DNA of 64,000 nucleotides from Flavipsychrobacter sp. (GTDB lineage Bacteria; Bacteroidota; Bacteroidia; Chitinophagales; Chitinophagaceae). Below, in pieces: positions 62,669 to 64,000 of this stretch (position 1 is its first letter; the number at the start of each line of letters is the position of its first letter). Under the pieces are notes generated by a model. That model did not search any database. It was not told the origin of the DNA and worked only from the letters and a program-made list of their open reading frames with translations. Where the stretch lies: the NCBI GenBank assembly GCA_031292525.1, contig JARLGY010000010.1:90806-154805 (forward strand). Reading direction: 5' to 3'. The translations under genes were made by a program, and so were the position numbers.

Positions 62669-64000
62669 ATGAAAGTAACTATCCCTATTAAGTTAGCCCT
62701 TATTTCTGTAGTCTTTCTTTCTATCAACTTATTTATTGGCTATAGCGTTTATCAATCTTTTCAAAAACTACGCAATTCACAGAGATGGCTATTGCATACT
62801 GATGTAGTTATTAACCAATCTCATCTTATATATTCCTATACAAAAGAGATGCAAGCAGCCGGGCGTGGATTTATCATAACCAATGATAGCGCATTCCTTA
62901 AACCTTTTTGGCCAGCCAGGGGAAACGTACTCCCTGTAATAGCTCAGTTAAAGCTGATGACAAGCGATAATCCAATACAACAACGACGCGCCGATTCACT
63001 TAGAATATATATGGAAAAGCTATGCGAATATGCGTCAAACAGCATCAACATACGAAGCCAATTTGGCTTGGCTGCTGCTACAAGATATATTTCAACTAAA
63101 GAAGGTGAGAGTTTGGCTGCACACATACAACAAATAACAAATAATGTTCAGCAAGAGGAACTTGCCCTGCGTCAGCAGCGCTTACAAACAAATGAACAAA
63201 GTGTGCTTCACCTCAACATGTTTGCGCTAATAACCTTTGCGGTCATAATGTTATTTACTATTATTTCTATGGCCATGGTTGCAAGTTATATGTTTCAAAA
63301 CCGCCAAAAGGAACGGCGGGCTGCAGAGTTAGTTATAGCTAATAATGAGTTGCTCTTTCAAAACAGTGAGAAAGCGAAACGCGCTGCTGAGTTGGTAGTT
63401 GCAAATAAAGAACTCCTTTTCCAGAGTAAAGAAAAAGCAAAGCGCGCAGCTGAACTGCTTATTGCTAACGATGCGCTTATCTATCAGAACGAAGAAAAAG
63501 AAAAACGTGCAGCAGAATTGGTGATTGCCAATGCAGAACTTAGTCATCAAAATAACGAGAAAGAAAAACGTGCGGCAGAGTTGGTGATTGCTAATGTGGA
63601 GCTCATTTACCAAAATAAAGAAAAAATCAAACGCTCTGCAGAATTGATCATTGCTAACGTTGAACTCAGCTATCAAAACTATGAGAAGGAAAAGCGCGCA
63701 GCTGAACTTGCTATTGCAAACAAAGTACTCTTAGCATCGCAGGAAATTGCCAACTATGGAAATTTTAAACTAGACTATAATACTGGTGTTACTTTTTGGT
63801 CTGACCAGCTATGCGACATCTTTGGACTGTCTCAAGAGGATAATTCTCAGTCATACAAGAACTTCCTGAGCTATATTCATCCTGATGATATTGACGAAGT
63901 ATTAAAAGTGACCAAGTTAAATAATGTTACTGCAAGCAATGTCAATTTCTATCATCGTATCATCAGGAAAGATGGATCGATAAAACACCTTCATACCTGG
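62669..64000 (+). CDS. CHASE3-like sensor protein with a 21-aa tandem-repeat stalk and a PAS domain (3' end outside the window)
   Basis: My own translation from ATG 62669 is open to the window edge (444 codons). The order is TM helix, periplasmic domain of about 170 aa, TM helix, 7 repeats, then a PAS-like region (FWSDQLCDIFGL...YIHPDD). It is absent from the ORF track because it has no stop codon. Confidence 0.8.
   Translation, partial: MKVTIPIKLALISVVFLSINLFIGYSVYQSFQKLRNSQRWLLHTDVVINQSHLIYSYTKEMQAAGRGFIITNDSAFLKPFWPARGNVLPVIAQLKLMTSDNPIQQRRADSLRIYMEKLCEYASNSINIRSQFGLAAATRYISTKEGESLAAHIQQITNNVQQEELALRQQRLQTNEQSVLHLNMFALITFAVIMLFTIISMAMVASYMFQNRQKERRAAELVIANNELLFQNSEKAKRAAELVVANKELLFQSKEKAKRAAELLIANDALIYQNEEKEKRAAELVIANAELSHQNNEKEKRAAELVIANVELIYQNKEKIKRSAELIIANVELSYQNYEKEKRAAELAIANKVLLASQEIANYGNFKLDYNTGVTFWSDQLCDIFGLSQEDNSQSYKNFLSYIHPDDIDEVLKVTKLNNVTASNVNFYHRIIRKDGSIKHLHTW
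63308..63748 (+). repeat. Seven tandem in-frame 63-bp repeats encoding K-x-K-R-A-A-E-L-x-I-A-N-x-E-L-x-(F/Y)-Q-N-x-E
   Basis: Units start at 63308, 63371, 63434, 63497, 63560, 63623 and 63686. The last unit is degenerate. Confidence 0.9.

Noticed and set aside
63329-63676. 115-aa minus-strand ORF with its own periodic sequence
   Set aside because: It is the antisense shadow of the seven 63-bp tandem repeats in the plus-strand CHASE3/PAS sensor gene. Its periodicity is inherited from those repeats.

Overview
This window looks like chromosomal DNA from a Bacteroidota genome. The evidence is a T9SS C-terminal sorting domain, a fused lpxC/fabZ gene, CarboxypepD_reg-type TonB-dependent receptors and recurring TAnnTTTG -7 boxes. 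Most of it is housekeeping. It carries a porin-mgtA operon and a complete heme pathway: hemA-C-D-E-F-B-L on the minus strand with divergent hemH-hemJ. It also carries ung, plsC, pyrD, rpe, PBP1A, lpxD-lpxC/fabZ-lpxA, several TonB-dependent receptors, two-component systems, ABC transporters, tRNA-Gln(CUG) and tRNA-Lys(UUU).

The stand-out is an AT-rich islet of about 5.6 kb (about 5091-10791) between mgtA and tRNA-Gln. It is bounded by a 46-nt direct repeat (44/46 identical) that duplicates the terminator flank of tRNA-Gln. It contains further decayed tRNA-like repeat scars and no integrase.

The islet holds a co-directional five-gene minus-strand cassette that I cannot assign to any named system. 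In transcription order the genes are:
- a 221-aa single-pass membrane protein;
- a 161-aa four-helix membrane protein;
- an FRG-domain protein;
- a 127-codon reading frame broken by one in-frame TAA;
- a 492-aa protein with an unassigned N-terminal domain fused to a patatin-like phospholipase fold that lacks the GxSxG serine.

I propose this cassette as the candidate novel, defence-like system, with the caveat that it may be decaying.

Secondary observations:
- a 27-codon hydrophobic ORF overlapping the mgtA stop codon;
- four TCTAAK hexamers phased at exactly 11 bp upstream of porin-mgtA;
- seven tandem 63-bp (21-aa) repeats in a CHASE3/PAS sensor gene at the right edge;
- an ABC ATPase/permease/M1-peptidase operon.

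All functional calls rest on motifs read by eye. No HMM or BLAST search was run.
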